DNA of 64,000 bases. Source: Ptychomitrium polyphyllum (taxonomy: Eukaryota). The notes under the pieces are model-generated. The model was not told the origin of the DNA. It did not search any database and saw only the letters and a program-made list of their open reading frames with translations. The position numbers were made by a program, and so were the translations under genes. Shown one piece after another: positions 38,701-52,264 of this stretch (its first letter is position 1; every line of letters begins with the position of its first letter). The stretch covers positions 15,004,001 to 15,068,000 of the forward strand of contig OZ316775.1 in assembly GCA_973851085.1 (NCBI GenBank), read 5' to 3'.

Positions 38701-41700
38701 AGCTAATGCTTGTCCTCTTCGCTGTCTGCGTTCTAAGTTCACTTGCAGAAATATCAAACAAGCGTCTAGGTTGGAGACAGCTTGCTTTCGGTCATCATGT
38801 GGTCTGTTGACTCATAGCGCAAGACCATCTGTCCAAACTTATAAGAATTCAGAGGTAGAGTGTCAGTTCTTAAAGAGGAAATATTCTAAGAAGTTTTACC
38901 CGTTGAGTTGGAACTGTACCAGCCTTCATGACGTGCATATCTGTGTCTATACATCTCTTTCTGGTCCATCTTTTTAGAGGATTACTCTTGTAGGGAGAGT
39001 CTCCAAGTCATATCGTGTGTATTTTTGTACATCCATTGATTCTGGCTATAATGCAATTGCATCGTATGGGCTTCTACTTCAAACCATTTTGAGAACCTGA
39101 TAGGTCAGAAGTTTCCAGATTAGGAAACTGCTAAACGTAACATTTCACACTCAGTTTCATCACTATAAATGAGATAAAAAGTTCGAGTTTATATGTTTAG
39201 TTCAGGAAGACATGAGCCTATTATAAATTGGAAAATTGGCAAATTTTCTTTGATTTTGAGATGGGTGTAGTTTTGTCATTCTAATTTAGACAAGTAATTG
39301 GAGGCACTTTGGGCATCCAAGACAAACTAAAGATCGGCTATCAAAGAGCTTGGCTAGCTTTAGGAAGGTCCAAAGTTCAGAACTCCCCAACTACATCCCA
39401 ACCATTGTAAAAACTCCTCATGGATTCATCAAAAGACACTCTACAATACATCTTACTCTCTTTTATGACAAAAATAAGTTTCAAAACATGCTTATCAAAA
39501 CTTTCCTCTTCATAGAGGACGTAACAGATAAGTCAAACACTGTTAACTAGCCCATGTTTGTTTCTGTAGCAAGATGACAAAAAATGAGCACAATTAATCA
39601 GCAGCTCCCTAAACGTGCACCCACGTGGCAGGGGCACCTGTCTCCAATGCGAAGCCAGGCTTGCTTGCGTTGAGCAGTCACAGGTTAACACCATCTCCTA
39701 CAAAACCGACTGTCATCATTGCAGTATACCGAAAGCTGAGGCGATCTGAAGGACCAGGATTCAGCTGAATGAGGAAAGAACACGTTGCCTCGTTGCAATG
39801 AACAATGTGCACGCTGACAGGGAGAAGAGATTGTGCATTGCAGAGTTGCTTGGAGTATTCATGAGCTGCACAACCGCTGGGCCACACTGTGCATCCACGC
39901 CCTTGGCAACACAATCACTGGCAGCACTCTGATTGAATCTGTCGCCACCTCGCATCGCAGAACTTAGCTGAAGGAATGGCCCTGGACTGATCCTTGGAGT
40001 CTTCTTCTTGGGCATCTGCTGTGGACTTTGTTGCTACACTAGCTCAGAGGGAAGGGCTAGTAGCTAGGTGCAGGTTCATGAGGACTTTAAAAGACCGAAA
40101 GTGCGGAAACCAGCCGAGTCGAGCAAGTCATGAGCAACGACAAAGAATATGAAGTTTACGTTTAGAGATGATTAATTAATCATGGCCCCATTGCCCCATA
40201 ACATTCTTCAACTGTGCAGCATGGTGAACCGTACAGCACTTGTCGACGTGCTAAACTTTGCTGCGTGTGTAAACTGGAGTATTTGGCCCAGTTGCTCCAC
40301 TGTGGTATGGAGGTGGTGCAGGGTCATGCAGCACAAGAATAAACACAAGACTAGTTCACTAAGTTATGTGGTGTAGTACTGCAACATTCGACATGATGCG
40401 GTCACGTCCAGTCCTGAAGCAACACTACTTGAAGTGAAATAAGTACCATTATTGCGACTACTTCCCCACGGATATGCAAATCTGCAACTGGCGGTCTGCA
40501 ACCCGTGGCAACGGCAACGATGGATTTCGGATGCTCACTCCCACGGGAAGTCTGCAGGCTGTTTGAGAGTACTCAATAGACTAGGCTGTTGCGGACACTA
40601 GCTGCGGTGAGATATTAAAGCTATGGTGGTGCACGAACCACCTTCCAAGCTTGTTCTAGGTACCTACACATGGACCCTTGAGTACCACGTTTTGACCCCA
40701 TGCCCCTCACGTTCCTCAATTTTCTGCCTGGCACAATGGACTTCTTCGCACGCTTTCGATACACTCTAGCAGTGTATACTTAGTCACACATTCAGCGCTT
40801 AATAGCACTTAAAGGTGTGCTTAATTTCTTCAATAATCATCATTACGCTAAAATGTTAGTTGATGTTTCCAGGAGCCTACATAGGTTTGACTCAGTCGAA
40901 GGACGGACAAGTATTGTTGCTGGAGGTGGGACATATAAGCTGTGTACAGATTCATCTCGTACTGATGATCTGGAATCACAACTGAAGCAACGCTGGGACT
41001 AGGAGCGGGAGTAAGATAGTGGTTATCATTGAGGACCGAGGTGTTGGAGGTAGACTTTCTGATCTCTGGTGTAGTCGTGGCAATTGCAAGAGGCCGGTCG
41101 TAGCACTAACTCTGTCGGAACGATGGTTTTTGCAACTTAGCTGGGCTGCCATAGTGTTGTCAGAGGGAACTGGGCCTAACATTTGGCGAATTCGTGTGTT
41201 TAGTCTTGCTCGTTTCCTTAGGTCAAATTTTGCAATAGAAGCTGTGTATTCACTGTAGCTCGTAACAAGCCAATGCACGTCGAGATTTCTCCCAATTTTA
41301 TTTCGTGTGTGAAATTGTAGACATGTGCAGCTCCATTTTCGAGTTGAATGGTGAAAGTACTACTTTGGTTTGCTTCTTGGTACACTTCGTTTCGTTTGCA
41401 TTGCAACTTGAGGGCGATGGCTTAACCTGGATTGCACATCTGACCTTTTGCCTCAGAGCAATGGTCACAGTCTTGGCACAAATTCTGCCAAGTCAATTTC
41501 GTCAAGAATCAAAAGCCTTGACTATGTAACACTGCACAGCAACCTATACTACATGATTTGTAGGACAGTTTCTCAAGTCTTTGCTATGGTTTCGCCATCG
41601 CTAATAATTCCTGCGTGCTCAATCTAAGTTCCAAATTAATCTGAGAACCTGATTACGTTGCAAACCCAGGCGAGACCACCAGTTATCAAATCACCTTTCA

Positions 41701-41729
41701 AGGGACCTCTTCTCCGTCTCGTACCGTGA

Positions 41730-42116
41730 ATGACAACATCAGAAGCTGAAAATCCGAACACACTAGTACAGCCCATCACTAAACCTGCAAGCATGACACT
41801 GGACCTTGATGCAAAACTATCCGGCAACAGCCCAGAACCGAACCTTCCCATCATAGACGAGACCAAGCCATGTGTGGACGTGGATGTGGACGTGGACAGC
41901 CAGGTGAACGACGAATGGAGAGTGGGCTCACCAACCGCGAGCCCGTGTCGAAAGAAGTGTATGAAGGACAGGCTGAAAGGGTTGGCGGACAAGTACGTTT
42001 CCTGCTTGCAAGCAGTCGATGGCGCTGGGGATATGCGAGGGTTTGCCGGTGGAGGTCTGAGCATGGCCCATGGTCCTCAGCCTTTCGAATCTGCTACTAG
42101 TCCAGCCTCAGATTAG
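41730..42116 (+). CDS. Small hypothetical protein, 128 aa
   Basis: ATG-initiated GC-richer ORF with protein-like composition (acidic/Pro N-half, then KDRLKGLADKYVSCLQAVDGAG). No domain recognised with confidence. Confidence 0.45.
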   Translation: MTTSEAENPNTLVQPITKPASMTLDLDAKLSGNSPEPNLPIIDETKPCVDVDVDVDSQVNDEWRVGSPTASPCRKKCMKDRLKGLADKYVSCLQAVDGAGDMRGFAGGGLSMAHGPQPFESATSPASD

Positions 42117-42982
42117 ATCTAGAGGATCCTTGTAAAGATTGTATTTAGATTGCACATTACATGTATAGACCTAATTGATTATGAACTTCGTGCTTTCTGC
42201 ACTCCTTTAAAATCCAGTTATTGGCTGTCTCAGTGACAATATCATTTTGCATTAATCTACGATGTACATGAGAGTGCAGTATGGATGCGCTGGGTCATGT
42301 GTTTGCCTTCGGATGATTGTTTGGATCGGTTCCTCTTTTGAGTATATGGTCATGTGAAATTTCGCACTAATATATGCAGATCTTTATGTAGACGTAGACG
42401 AGTCAGTAATTAATGGTATTGTAGGATTGAAAATCAGCGGCGAAGTGTGGACACAACGATGTCAAAGATGCTGCTAGAACCATGAACGATGCTGCGCGTC
42501 TGTGGATGTTCGTTTCGTTAGGAATAGGATATTGTCATGTGGTGGCAGATTTTTGCATGCTGAAGTAGCGCCAAAACCTACGTCGAAGCTTGTTCTTGGA
42601 ATGGACCAGGACTCCGAGAATCGCGAAATCTTGAAGCTCTTGAAACGTTCTCTGAGAATTGGTTAGGTTGACAGGCTGAGAGTGGAAGGGGATGATGTTT
42701 GAGAAACAACCGTTATGTAACTGACCGCCAGCCGACACCCTTTCATGCTCCCTCACCTTCACCAGCGACAAACCTCGCACGCTGTTGCAGGCATGACGAT
42801 TCGGACTCTGGTGCAATTCACCACGTGCGAGAAGACTCCTTCTGGCATCATCAATCGCATGATAAAGGATGTATTGCACGAATTCTCTATCCGTGAAGAA
42901 GGGCAGATGGAGTTGGAGGGTTGAGCTTGCAGGTTGAGGAAAGACTGTTGGGTTTTACCCTAATCTATAGAAGTGAGTGAAG

Positions 42983-45900
42983 ATGGACTTGGTGAGGAAG
43001 TTTTCTGGCTTAGCTTCGGCATCCGAGTCGCCGCTTGCTTCAAGCGCTCCTCAGGACACAGCCTCTATGCAGATGGAGTTCGAGGTTGAGGAGGAGCAGG
43101 TGCTGTGTACTGATAATCTTAAACTGCCGTTTCTGTCTGTGAGGGCTAGCCCTAATTTGCTACAGTTAGTGGCATCCACTACGGGATTTGTCGAGGTCGT
43201 AATCTCCAGCTGCTAGAGCACTTTGCTGCTTCACTATAGTAATCCAACGTTTTGATGTCGACAGTCAGCTCTACATTGTTAGCTTCAGTAGCTTCAAAGA
43301 AAAAAAGTACTTCGCTTCGTGAATTCTTACAATCTGATTCTAGCTTCATTCCTGCCCATTGGAGTAAAACGTGGATTACGTCATTGGTGGAGAAATTCGC
43401 TTCCAAACAGGTTGAAAAGAGCCTCGTGCCCTAGAATATGTAGAGAGAGCGAGAGAGAGTTAGCGTTTGGTCTATGTAGTGCTGAAGTCCAGCTGAAACA
43501 GCAAGAGGCCTTGACTTTGGAAGTGTATGGACCAGGTGCTGACAGGGGTGAGGTTAATCTACTCGGACAAGCTGAATGACGCTGAGGATTACTTTGACAC
43601 ATTGAGGGCAGGGCACGCTCGCTTCAGCCTGCACCATGCAGAAGTGGCAACTTTTGTGGCATTCATGTCGCAGGACGACGATGACATCAACTCTGCCATC
43701 TCGCTTCTCCAGGCAACCGAGAGAGCTGCGTCGGAACAAGAAGTTAAGTAAGACCCTTATGCCTCTCCATCATTTGTATTTTCAAGGGATAACTTCCTTG
43801 GTGCTCCATTGCTATCATGCATTGTGTCACTGGCTAGGATTGACAAGCTTCTTTCAGCGAAATCGCAGATATCGCACTCACAGCAAAATAAAGAAAGTGA
43901 ACGAGACTGTGAGTAGCATGAAGACCTGGGCTTTGGGAAAGGCCGTGGCAGTTCTTGAGAAATCAGGGCTCGAAAAAGCTGCTGCCCTGAGCGACAAACT
44001 GAAGATCAAGGAAGAGGATTCAGTGGTCAAGGATGCCATGACGCGTGAGGAAACTAATACTAATCATAGGCTTCGCAGGATGCGCTTATGGTGCTTGTAC
44101 ATTCAGGCCGAATGCTTCCTCTTCATTGGCCTCTTATCTGTGAGATTCTGCTTAACTTCTTACTGTGTTGACCATCGTGCAATGCTTTCTCATTGGTCGT
44201 AGGGTTGTTTAGACTTGATGTTTGTGAGTAAATAGCTCACCTGGTTTAATTTAGCTTGGTGAACGTTAGGTCGTGGCCGGTGGGGAGAGGTGGAGCTCCA
44301 TGGTGAAGGTGGGATACAACTTGAAAAGGGCATGGCTGATTTACAAGCATAGCAAGAAGAAGCTGCTGCAGGTACAGCGGGAATGGGTTGCGATGGGTGG
44401 GAGCCTCCAGGGTGAATTAAGTGGAAACCTTCGAGTCAACTATGATACTGACGATGATGAACAGAGCCCGGTAAGCTTCATCTTCTGCTTTCACTCTACC
44501 GTTCCTGCACTCGAACTCCTTTTGCACTCACCTCATATTCTTTATCATGAGTAATCCAAGGACATGATAAATTATTAGGATTTATCATGGTAAGCGGAGA
44601 GAAATGTTTTTTGAAGCAACTAAACCGTCCAAATCATGCAGTTAATGTAGTTGCTCTTCTTGGGCATTCTTCGAGGCATTTGGATTGATAAGCAAATTGA
44701 AATTAGTCGACTGTTTTGTGTTTCTTATATAGATTGATAGATTGCACGATAGTTCCAGATTTCTTGTGGTTGTTAAGTGGTCCAATTGTCCTGTTCTAGG
44801 CTGTTAATGTTTTGATAAACATGTGATTTTCCAATATAAAATCATTTGAGTTTTCCATCATATCGTGCGACTTGGTTTCTACTCGATTGATGTAGTCGTA
44901 ATATACAGAATTTAGGATCTACAGTTCCATCTACTTCCGACTCACAGTCAGACAGAGGTGAAGAAGGATGGCAAATAAGAGAGCGACGGCTTTCAGAGCC
45001 TCAAATGATAGAAACGGGTGAGCGATTTCTAGTACAAGTAATCCCTTGTGCCAAATTAATCAATGATTATGCTCTCTCTAATCTGATTATGCTCGACACT
45101 GACCGATATATCAAATGGATATACTTATTAATACTCATTCTGAAGATCCTCTCTGGACAAAATGACTTAGCTTGCTTAACTTTTGGAAGGTAAGTATGAG
45201 TTGGTCGATAGCCAAGTTGAGTTGCACTGATACTGATTTGGCTGTGGTAGGAGCCGTTGCTGCCAGTGGTAATCTGGAGAGGCTGGAGGGGAACATCAAG
45301 GAAGACCAAGAGTTAGCATCTTTAAGGATTGGGATAGAGTTCGGGATGGGAGCATTCAACCTTAGTGTATCGCTAATTCCTGGCCAGTATCATAAGACGC
45401 TCGAACTCTTGGGCATGCCTGGAGATAGAGCAAGGGCAATCATTCTTCTACACCGGGTCTCTACAACGCACCATGCAAGAGCCCCACTTGCTGCGCTATT
45501 TCTGCTCTATTGTAAGTCGCACTTGTTCTCTCAGCAAACTTTTTAATGCAACTTTACTCTTTCAATTCGCTTAAAGAATGCACCTTTCCTTACCAAACGA
45601 TGCACATGAATAAGGTGGGTGTCGAATATTGCTTCCTGGTCCTTTGTTCGTGTCATTTGCTAGTGTTAATGTGGAACTATGACGTTATTAATTCAATGAT
45701 AATGTAAATGGAGGAGAGATGTAGCGATTCAGCAGTTCGATTTAGTTGTCCTATTTCTCGAAATCATCAGAATGACTTGTCAACCTGAAGAAATCCAAAA
45801 TTCTGCCAGGTGCCAATTGATTGTGAACAATGCTGCTTCGAAGAAGTCAATCATCTCATATTTGCACCCACTGCTCACTAACAACGGATTTTTGCCGATG

Positions 45901-48900
45901 TATCAGACCACACCGTCATTATGGCATTTCTACCTCCGACCAAAAGCCACATGGAAAGTGCAGCTACGTTGCTTGCCAATATGGAGCCTACATGGAAAGG
46001 CGGATGCATCATCCGCATCATGGAGTCACGCTTAGCACGTTACGAGGGTAACCTGCAGCTGTCTAGTGACTTTCTCTCCAATCATCCACTTGACATGAAT
46101 TTGCGTGGATTCAACCTCAGGCTTCGAAATCTCATGTTGGAGGAGATGGGTTGGTGTCTTATGTTACAGGGTCACTACGAGAAGGCGGCTATGTGTTTTG
46201 ACTCCCTCTTCAAGGTCACAAATCCTAGCCTCCATGTCAAATACTGTAAAATAGACACAGTACGAGTATCGTAGTCTAAACCATGTCTTCTGGAGGTAAT
46301 TCTACCAGCTCTTCCCTATTTGTATTGGCATGTCGTCTTTGAATGACAGCTTAACATTTGGATTTATATCTGAAATACTCCATGCAGTAGTTGAGGTCAT
46401 GCATGACGTATTGGTAAAACTCAATCATGCTAGACAATATCAGGTGGCGTGTCTGAAATCTGGGCAGTGAATCAAACTATTGTCCGTACGATTTCATGGG
46501 CCAGGCTCTGAATGTAGAGTCTAGTTCAAGCCATGGCCAGCAACTCTACAGCAATCTCTACAGTATTTTGCAGATCCCAGAAAAAATGGGGCAGTTTCCT
46601 TTCGAAGTCCGACATTCTAAAGTTTATCATGATTTGTTTAGTTTCGTGAGAGATTTTCCGTAAGAAGCTTGATTACTATAAAGCAGATTCTGAATGTCCA
46701 GATCAGACAGAATGCTCGTCACTATGACTGCATTATGTGCTAAGTCCCCATATCGCCTTTGTAACATTGTGAACATGTTCCATACATGAATTTAACAGAA
46801 GTACAACATTACCTGAAGCTGAGAGAATACAGTGGTGATCATTGACCATGCAGGAGACTGTTTGGTTCAAGCCTTTTTATTGCTGTCTGAGGTCAGCTTG
46901 TTTGTGGGAATCTAGTGATCCAGGCTCGAGGCAAGAAGGTGCTCGTATGCTTGAGTATATGTCGATCTTATTGAGTGCAAAGAAAGGAAAACATTCACCT
47001 ATGGAGCTCTATGTCAACCGACTGTCAACCGACTACGTTACGTTTGGTTTGGTAAGAGCTATCTTCTTGTGCGCGCGAGTTACCTACTCCTTTTATACTG
47101 GCGTCAGAGTTTGCAAACATTATAATGATTGACGTATTGAGAATTTCACTATCGAATGGACTACTTTGCTGGTAGGGCTGAACCTAACATTTGTCTTGCA
47201 AAACTGAATTATAACCATAGTACTGCATTGTTCCGCACTTGTAGTTGAACTCATTCAAGCCTATTCGAGGATAAGAGGCCCTTTCTTAAATGGAATCGAG
47301 AGTTGATCATCTATAACCAAAGATTCACGTGAGCTCTCACGTCATGGCAGTGCTTTAGAAAACAAGTGCGAAGTAAACACCAATTTTGTGATTCTAATTT
47401 TTGTGGGCTCCAATGACTGCGGTCTTCGTCAAGAGTGTACCACCGCGACGTGTTGGAGACAACCTGCCCAACAATGTCCAACTTCAAAGTTTGCTGATCA
47501 TATCAGAAACATAAGAATGGAGACAGGAGGTGCACTGAGCTTGGGCATTCGCTGAACGCAGGTACCATTGCATCCAGCCTTGGAAATAATTGCTGTGTAC
47601 AATGGCTTTCACCAAATGAACCAGTTGAGACTGGAGGAATTGATGACGCAAATTGATGCAGAGATACATCAGCACAGCAAAAGAACTTCGATATTAGACC
47701 TCATGGCGCCTCGAACCAAGGTATCATTTTCATATATTTCAAACTGTAGCATGTTACTCGTGCACTACAAGCAGTCTGTAGGGTACTGGAGTTGCTATAA
47801 TAGATTAGTCCACTCAGTGGAGGGTGGCATCTGCTTTTAGCAGCTTATTCTACCCTTTGTATTGCAGAAATCAATGGGTTTTGCGTCCTGGGGTCCCCTG
47901 TGGTTATTTCATTACTTACAAGCAAGAACTGTTTATTGATTGCCTCAATTCTATCGCTACAGTCTTTACATGAATCATATTCCTATTGACAAGACTAGTC
48001 TTCCTTGATTCCTTCAGGTTGAGCCCGTTTCCCAAAGCCAAGATCCAGATGCAGAATCACAATTGTGTGAGAAAGCTATGGGTGATGAAATAATACGAAA
48101 AGCTTCCAGGATTAGTGTTAGTTTTGAAGTTAATACTCCGGCACAGGCATCTAGTAGCAGAAAACTTCCTTTGAATCACGAGTGGGTAGAAACCAGTGTG
48201 ATAACTTGCAGGTTTGTTTTTATAAAGGTTCCCTGACCATTATAATTTGCATTGTGTTGATATCGGAGATTTAACCTTAAAATCTGCCAAAATCCTGCAG
48301 TGATATCATTTCATGCTAAGATGCAAATTAGTTTTTAGTACTCTGCAACTGCACTTAGCTGTGTATGTAGAGAGACATAATGTACCGTTTTGTACTAAAC
48401 ATGCCATTCACGTATAGGAGAGTGAAAAGTGATTTCATCAAGTGAGTAAATTCTAAAGAAGTGGATGCAAGATGATTGGTCTAGCAAAATATTATTTGAT
48501 AAATAGACAGACAAGTGTAGCAATTTCTGAGTAAGTCGGGCATACCGATACTCATGATCATCTAGTATCTCTAGTTTCAAAGCCATGCTCCTTTCACGTA
48601 ATTGGACGAAGCTAAATCCTATATCTAAGTGCACACGTGTGGGTGAAGCAGGTATCTATTAGCACTTTGCCTGCTAAATCTGAGGGTTACAAAACCAGCC
48701 GAGGATCATTTACGTAAAGTAGTGACCAGCGCTGACATACCCGCTGGATCAAAAGCAACTCTCTCAATAGTTCTCGGGTACGCACATGCCACGAACAAAG
48801 TCCAATTCAAACATGAATCAGGTCAAACTCCTTGGTCACAATGAATATTTGTCTTGACCTTTGTCTCAATGTTTGTCTCGATGTTTGTTTCCGTGTTTGT

Positions 48901-49130
48901 CTTCGTCGCTTGTCTTGATTGACTTGGTGAAAAAACATTTAGGGAAGTTCTCTTTGTGTGGCAGAAACGTTGTACCGTACGCCTGCTACGAGTTGGGGTC
49001 GCTTCTCCTGGACAGAGATACATCTGGTGATGGACTGGGCTTATTGGAGAAAAGCACTTCCTTCCCCGTCCACGAGTTCCAAACTCGACTGAAATTTATT
49101 GTGGGCGAACGCCTCAAAAGATTCCACTAA
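42983..49130 (+). CDS. TTC39/Iml2-family (DUF3808) TPR-like protein; approximate exons 42983-43099, 43536-43747, 43869-44139, 44270-44470, 44909-45017, 45251-45511, 45907-46214, 46854-47051, 47562-47720, 48018-48211, 48652-48777, 48965-49130
   Basis: Family-like motifs VKVGYNLKRAWLIYK, GIEFGMGAFNLSVSLIP...LELLGMPGDR...RAPLAALFLLYY, PALEIIAVYNGF, VPYACYELG and HEFQTRL. Exons join in frame through GT-AG sites. Confidence 0.8.
48848..48920. repeat. Degenerate 12-bp tandem (TTTGTCTYNNNN) x ~6 in the last intron of the TTC39-like gene
   Basis: tttgtcttgacc tttgtctcaatg tttgtctcgatg tttgtttccgtg tttgtcttcgtc... Confidence 0.65.
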
Positions 49131-49929
49131 CAGGACAGTACGTGCTTCAACAGGGCCCAATGTACATGGTACTTCTCAACAAAAGCCTAGTAATTTATCT
49201 ATGTAATGATGAGGCACCGTCATTTATACCATCTTCAAGGGCAAGCGTCAAACCATTCCCTACAAATGCGCTTAAAATCGCTCAGACTAAGAAATGGATG
49301 AGTCCTCAAAGAATTATTACAACCTCCCCTCACCGACCGGCCAACGTTCCGTCTACATGCTACCAATCGTTCAACTTACATACCACTTCGACACAAGATT
49401 TTGTTGGTGGTAGTGTGACAGGAACGGTCCCAAACCGAAGAAAGATAAGGACACGAAAACAGAGTAGAAATTGCGTATTTTGGCCGTGTCAATGGCAACA
49501 TAACAGAAGCCTCTTCATTCGCCAAAATAGCACGTGATTTTGCTAACTGAACAAGATCGCAAATCAGTCCCGGGAATTGGATCGTTCTCCAAATTCTTAC
49601 GATCAATATGCTTCCCTAATGAGATCAAAACTTAAGTCCGAAACCATAATCAACTCGCCTGACTCCCCCCGGTCTCTCACTGTGCACCCTCGTCCGAGAA
49701 CCGCATCTCCACACTGTAAATCGATTAATCTCACGGCGTCTCTGTTGAAGGTCTTCCAGGGTTCGTCAAGGCCATGTACACACAACCGATCAGCTTCACT
49801 GGCAATCGATCCTCGTAGTGGTTATCGGAACTCTCTATAGCGCCTGTGTCGAATTGTATTTGTACAAAGAAACTGCAATGATAATATCTACAGCGGCCGA
49901 ATATGCTTGTCAACACATAGCTACAACGA

Positions 49930-51186
49930 TTAATAAAACATCTCCGGGTTGGAGCTGTTCAAGGCGCCGGGTGCCCAAGGAGATTCCACGTCGTACCCAG
50001 CTTGCAAGAACGCAGTACCACTTGCACCCGGACTTGCACCAGGCTCTGCATCGACCTGAGGATTGGCACTGGCACTCGATCGGTTTGAATCGTCCCACGG
50101 TTGCGGTGTTTGGATCGATCCAGTGGGGCGTTTGCTTGGCCTGCTGTGCATGAGCGCCGTCTCCCAGAACCCGGCTCGCCGATGCAAAGACGAATTAGCC
50201 TGTTGATGTCGGTAGCCTATGTCCTCCATAGCCGGACTCCACTGCTGCAAATTCGGTGGACTACTCATATTGCTCACGACCGGCTTACATTCCCTTTCCT
50301 GATCTGCCCACGCCACTGCCTGTGCCTGAGCCAGCCTCGCCATGCTCTGTAACCGCTGCGCCTCGGCCCACATAGCCGCCTTGTGCATCAACTCCACATG
50401 CGCCGGCTCAAGCTCCGGTACCCACATCCCGCTGCTCATCATCGCCGCAGCTCTCATTATTCCAGACTGTGTACCGGTTGTTGCTTCATAAAACGCTTGG
50501 AGCTCCGCCTCCTCATCCGCAGTCATTGCAAAGCCAGGCGAGTCCAGAAATGAGGGAAGAGGCAATCCCAGACCGTGGCTTGGCTGGAACGCCAACTGAA
50601 AGAAACTCAGAAGTTGAGAAGGGTGGAATGGAAACTCGGGATAACCCGCGTCACCGAAGGCGCCGTCAGAATGCAATGGTCCAGTGCTGCCTCCAATGGT
50701 TGCCATAGCCGGGTTCAGGCCATGGCACGGGTCTCCTTCGTTGTGTCCTTCTTCGGAACCCGTTGCAGGCACGCCGGGGCGGAAGTAAGGATCGGAGCGA
50801 GAGCGCGATCTCGAGGATTTCTTCCGGGAGCCGCCGCCGACTCGGACGTTCCGAAGGGTGCCACCGACGGTCCAGTACCGCTGGCAGTTGCGGCAGAAGT
50901 GGCGAGGCTGGTTGACGCTGTAGTTGTTGTAGTAGCAGAACTTGGTGTTCATGGACTGGCAGCGCGGGCAGGGCAGATCCTTCGGGGGCTTGCCTTCTGC
51001 TGCCTCAGGCGCTCTCGACACATCGCCACTCGTCCCGTCCTTGCCACTCCCCTGTGACTGCGAATGAGACCCCTCGTCGTCCTCGTGTGAGTGAGCCGAC
51101 TCCGAATGAGTTGCTTGCAAGTGCGCCTGCAGCTCCTCGCGCGGATCCTCCTCAAATTGACATAAATGGGCTAACGGCAACTGCAT
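49930..51186 (-). CDS. Dof zinc-finger transcription factor, 418 aa from the first ATG, single coding exon
   Basis: Canonical Dof domain [50 protein letters not shown]. The ORF-track start at 51264 is TTG and the first ATG is at 51186. Confidence 0.93.
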   Translation of the reverse strand: MQLPLAHLCQFEEDPREELQAHLQATHSESAHSHEDDEGSHSQSQGSGKDGTSGDVSRAPEAAEGKPPKDLPCPRCQSMNTKFCYYNNYSVNQPRHFCRNCQRYWTVGGTLRNVRVGGGSRKKSSRSRSRSDPYFRPGVPATGSEEGHNEGDPCHGLNPAMATIGGSTGPLHSDGAFGDAGYPEFPFHPSQLLSFFQLAFQPSHGLGLPLPSFLDSPGFAMTADEEAELQAFYEATTGTQSGIMRAAAMMSSGMWVPELEPAHVELMHKAAMWAEAQRLQSMARLAQAQAVAWADQERECKPVVSNMSSPPNLQQWSPAMEDIGYRHQQANSSLHRRAGFWETALMHSRPSKRPTGSIQTPQPWDDSNRSSASANPQVDAEPGASPGASGTAFLQAGYDVESPWAPGALNSSNPEMFY

Positions 51187-51976
51187 AGCTCCTTCCTTCT
51201 GATCCAACGATTCCCGTGAATTGCGTCTCGTCGTCTTTCTCACCAGTACTAGTCTCCCTCCCAATGACCAAACTCCACTTACCTCAATTCACCCACTCCT
51301 CTCGAGCATCAAACCTGTCACTAGATTACAAACCAAACGTTTTCTTAAGCGCTTGAGAATTTCCAACAGAGTTACGTACCCTCTACAACTCCAGCACAAC
51401 TACAGCATAGCACTCTCCAGAAACTAGCTGTATAAACTCAAACATAACCACCCATCCAATCACAACCACATAGCCCATCCATAAAACTGTTCCAATTCAC
51501 AAGCAAAGCAAGCACGAAGTCCATCCATGTTCCAGATCTTAGCATCTAGTTCCGGCTTCCTTCCGACTTCACCTGTGATGTAGATCAGATCCCAACTGCT
51601 GACTCGTAAACTGACACTTAATCCAATTCCTCTAGACTCTTGATACACGCTGGCCTTTACGCCAGAGTTATGTTACTCCCTCTCTCCGTCAGTCTCCGAC
51701 AACTAGAACCAGTGTGAGCAATCGATCGACACGCATGTACCGCAAGAGCGCCTTGGCGGCAACGAGCTCATCTGTAGTTGCACTAAAATAGAATAAAGGT
51801 AAGGCAAGGTCGGATGGCAGAAAGAGTAGCGAGCATCCGGAGATCGCTGAGATTGATAAGTCGAAGCCGATGTATGTGTTGATCTTCTACATATCAGTGG
51901 AGTCCAGCCGCGAATCTGCTAGACTTCGATCAGACTCGATTCTCCCATCTACGCGAGCGGAGTCTCTGACAGCGCA

Positions 51977-52264
51977 TGCAAAACGTGGTCATCAGGGATA
52001 TGCCTACCCAAAACCGTCACTGTACCCGAAACCGATCAAGTCCACCGCAAACTTAGATTTTACAGCACGAAATCTTGATGTCTACATTCCTCACATATCA
52101 TACCGATTAAACATCCAGTAACAAACCGTCTTTGTATGGAGTATCGATATTGTTTAGTGTGGTTGTAGATTTTGATTCCGTACGTTGTACGTATCCGTCA
52201 GACGATGTCGGTTCTGGGTACACTGACGGACTTACATATGTATCTCGTATGGCCGCGTTTTGCA
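51977..52264. repeat. Imperfect inverted repeat (~60-bp arms, ~170-bp spacer) upstream of the Dof gene
   Basis: tgcaaaacgtggtcat...ccgtcactgtacccgaaaccga (51977-52035) is complementary to tcggttctgggtacactgacgg...atggccgcgttttgca (52208-52264). Confidence 0.75.

Noticed and set aside
39678..40015. Short minus-strand ORFs downstream of RAPTOR
   Set aside because: No motif or splice support that I can verify.
45146..45189. Possible extra mini-exon in the TTC39-like gene (AG...GTAAGT)
   Set aside because: It introduces an in-frame TGA in the required phase, and skipping it keeps the frame.
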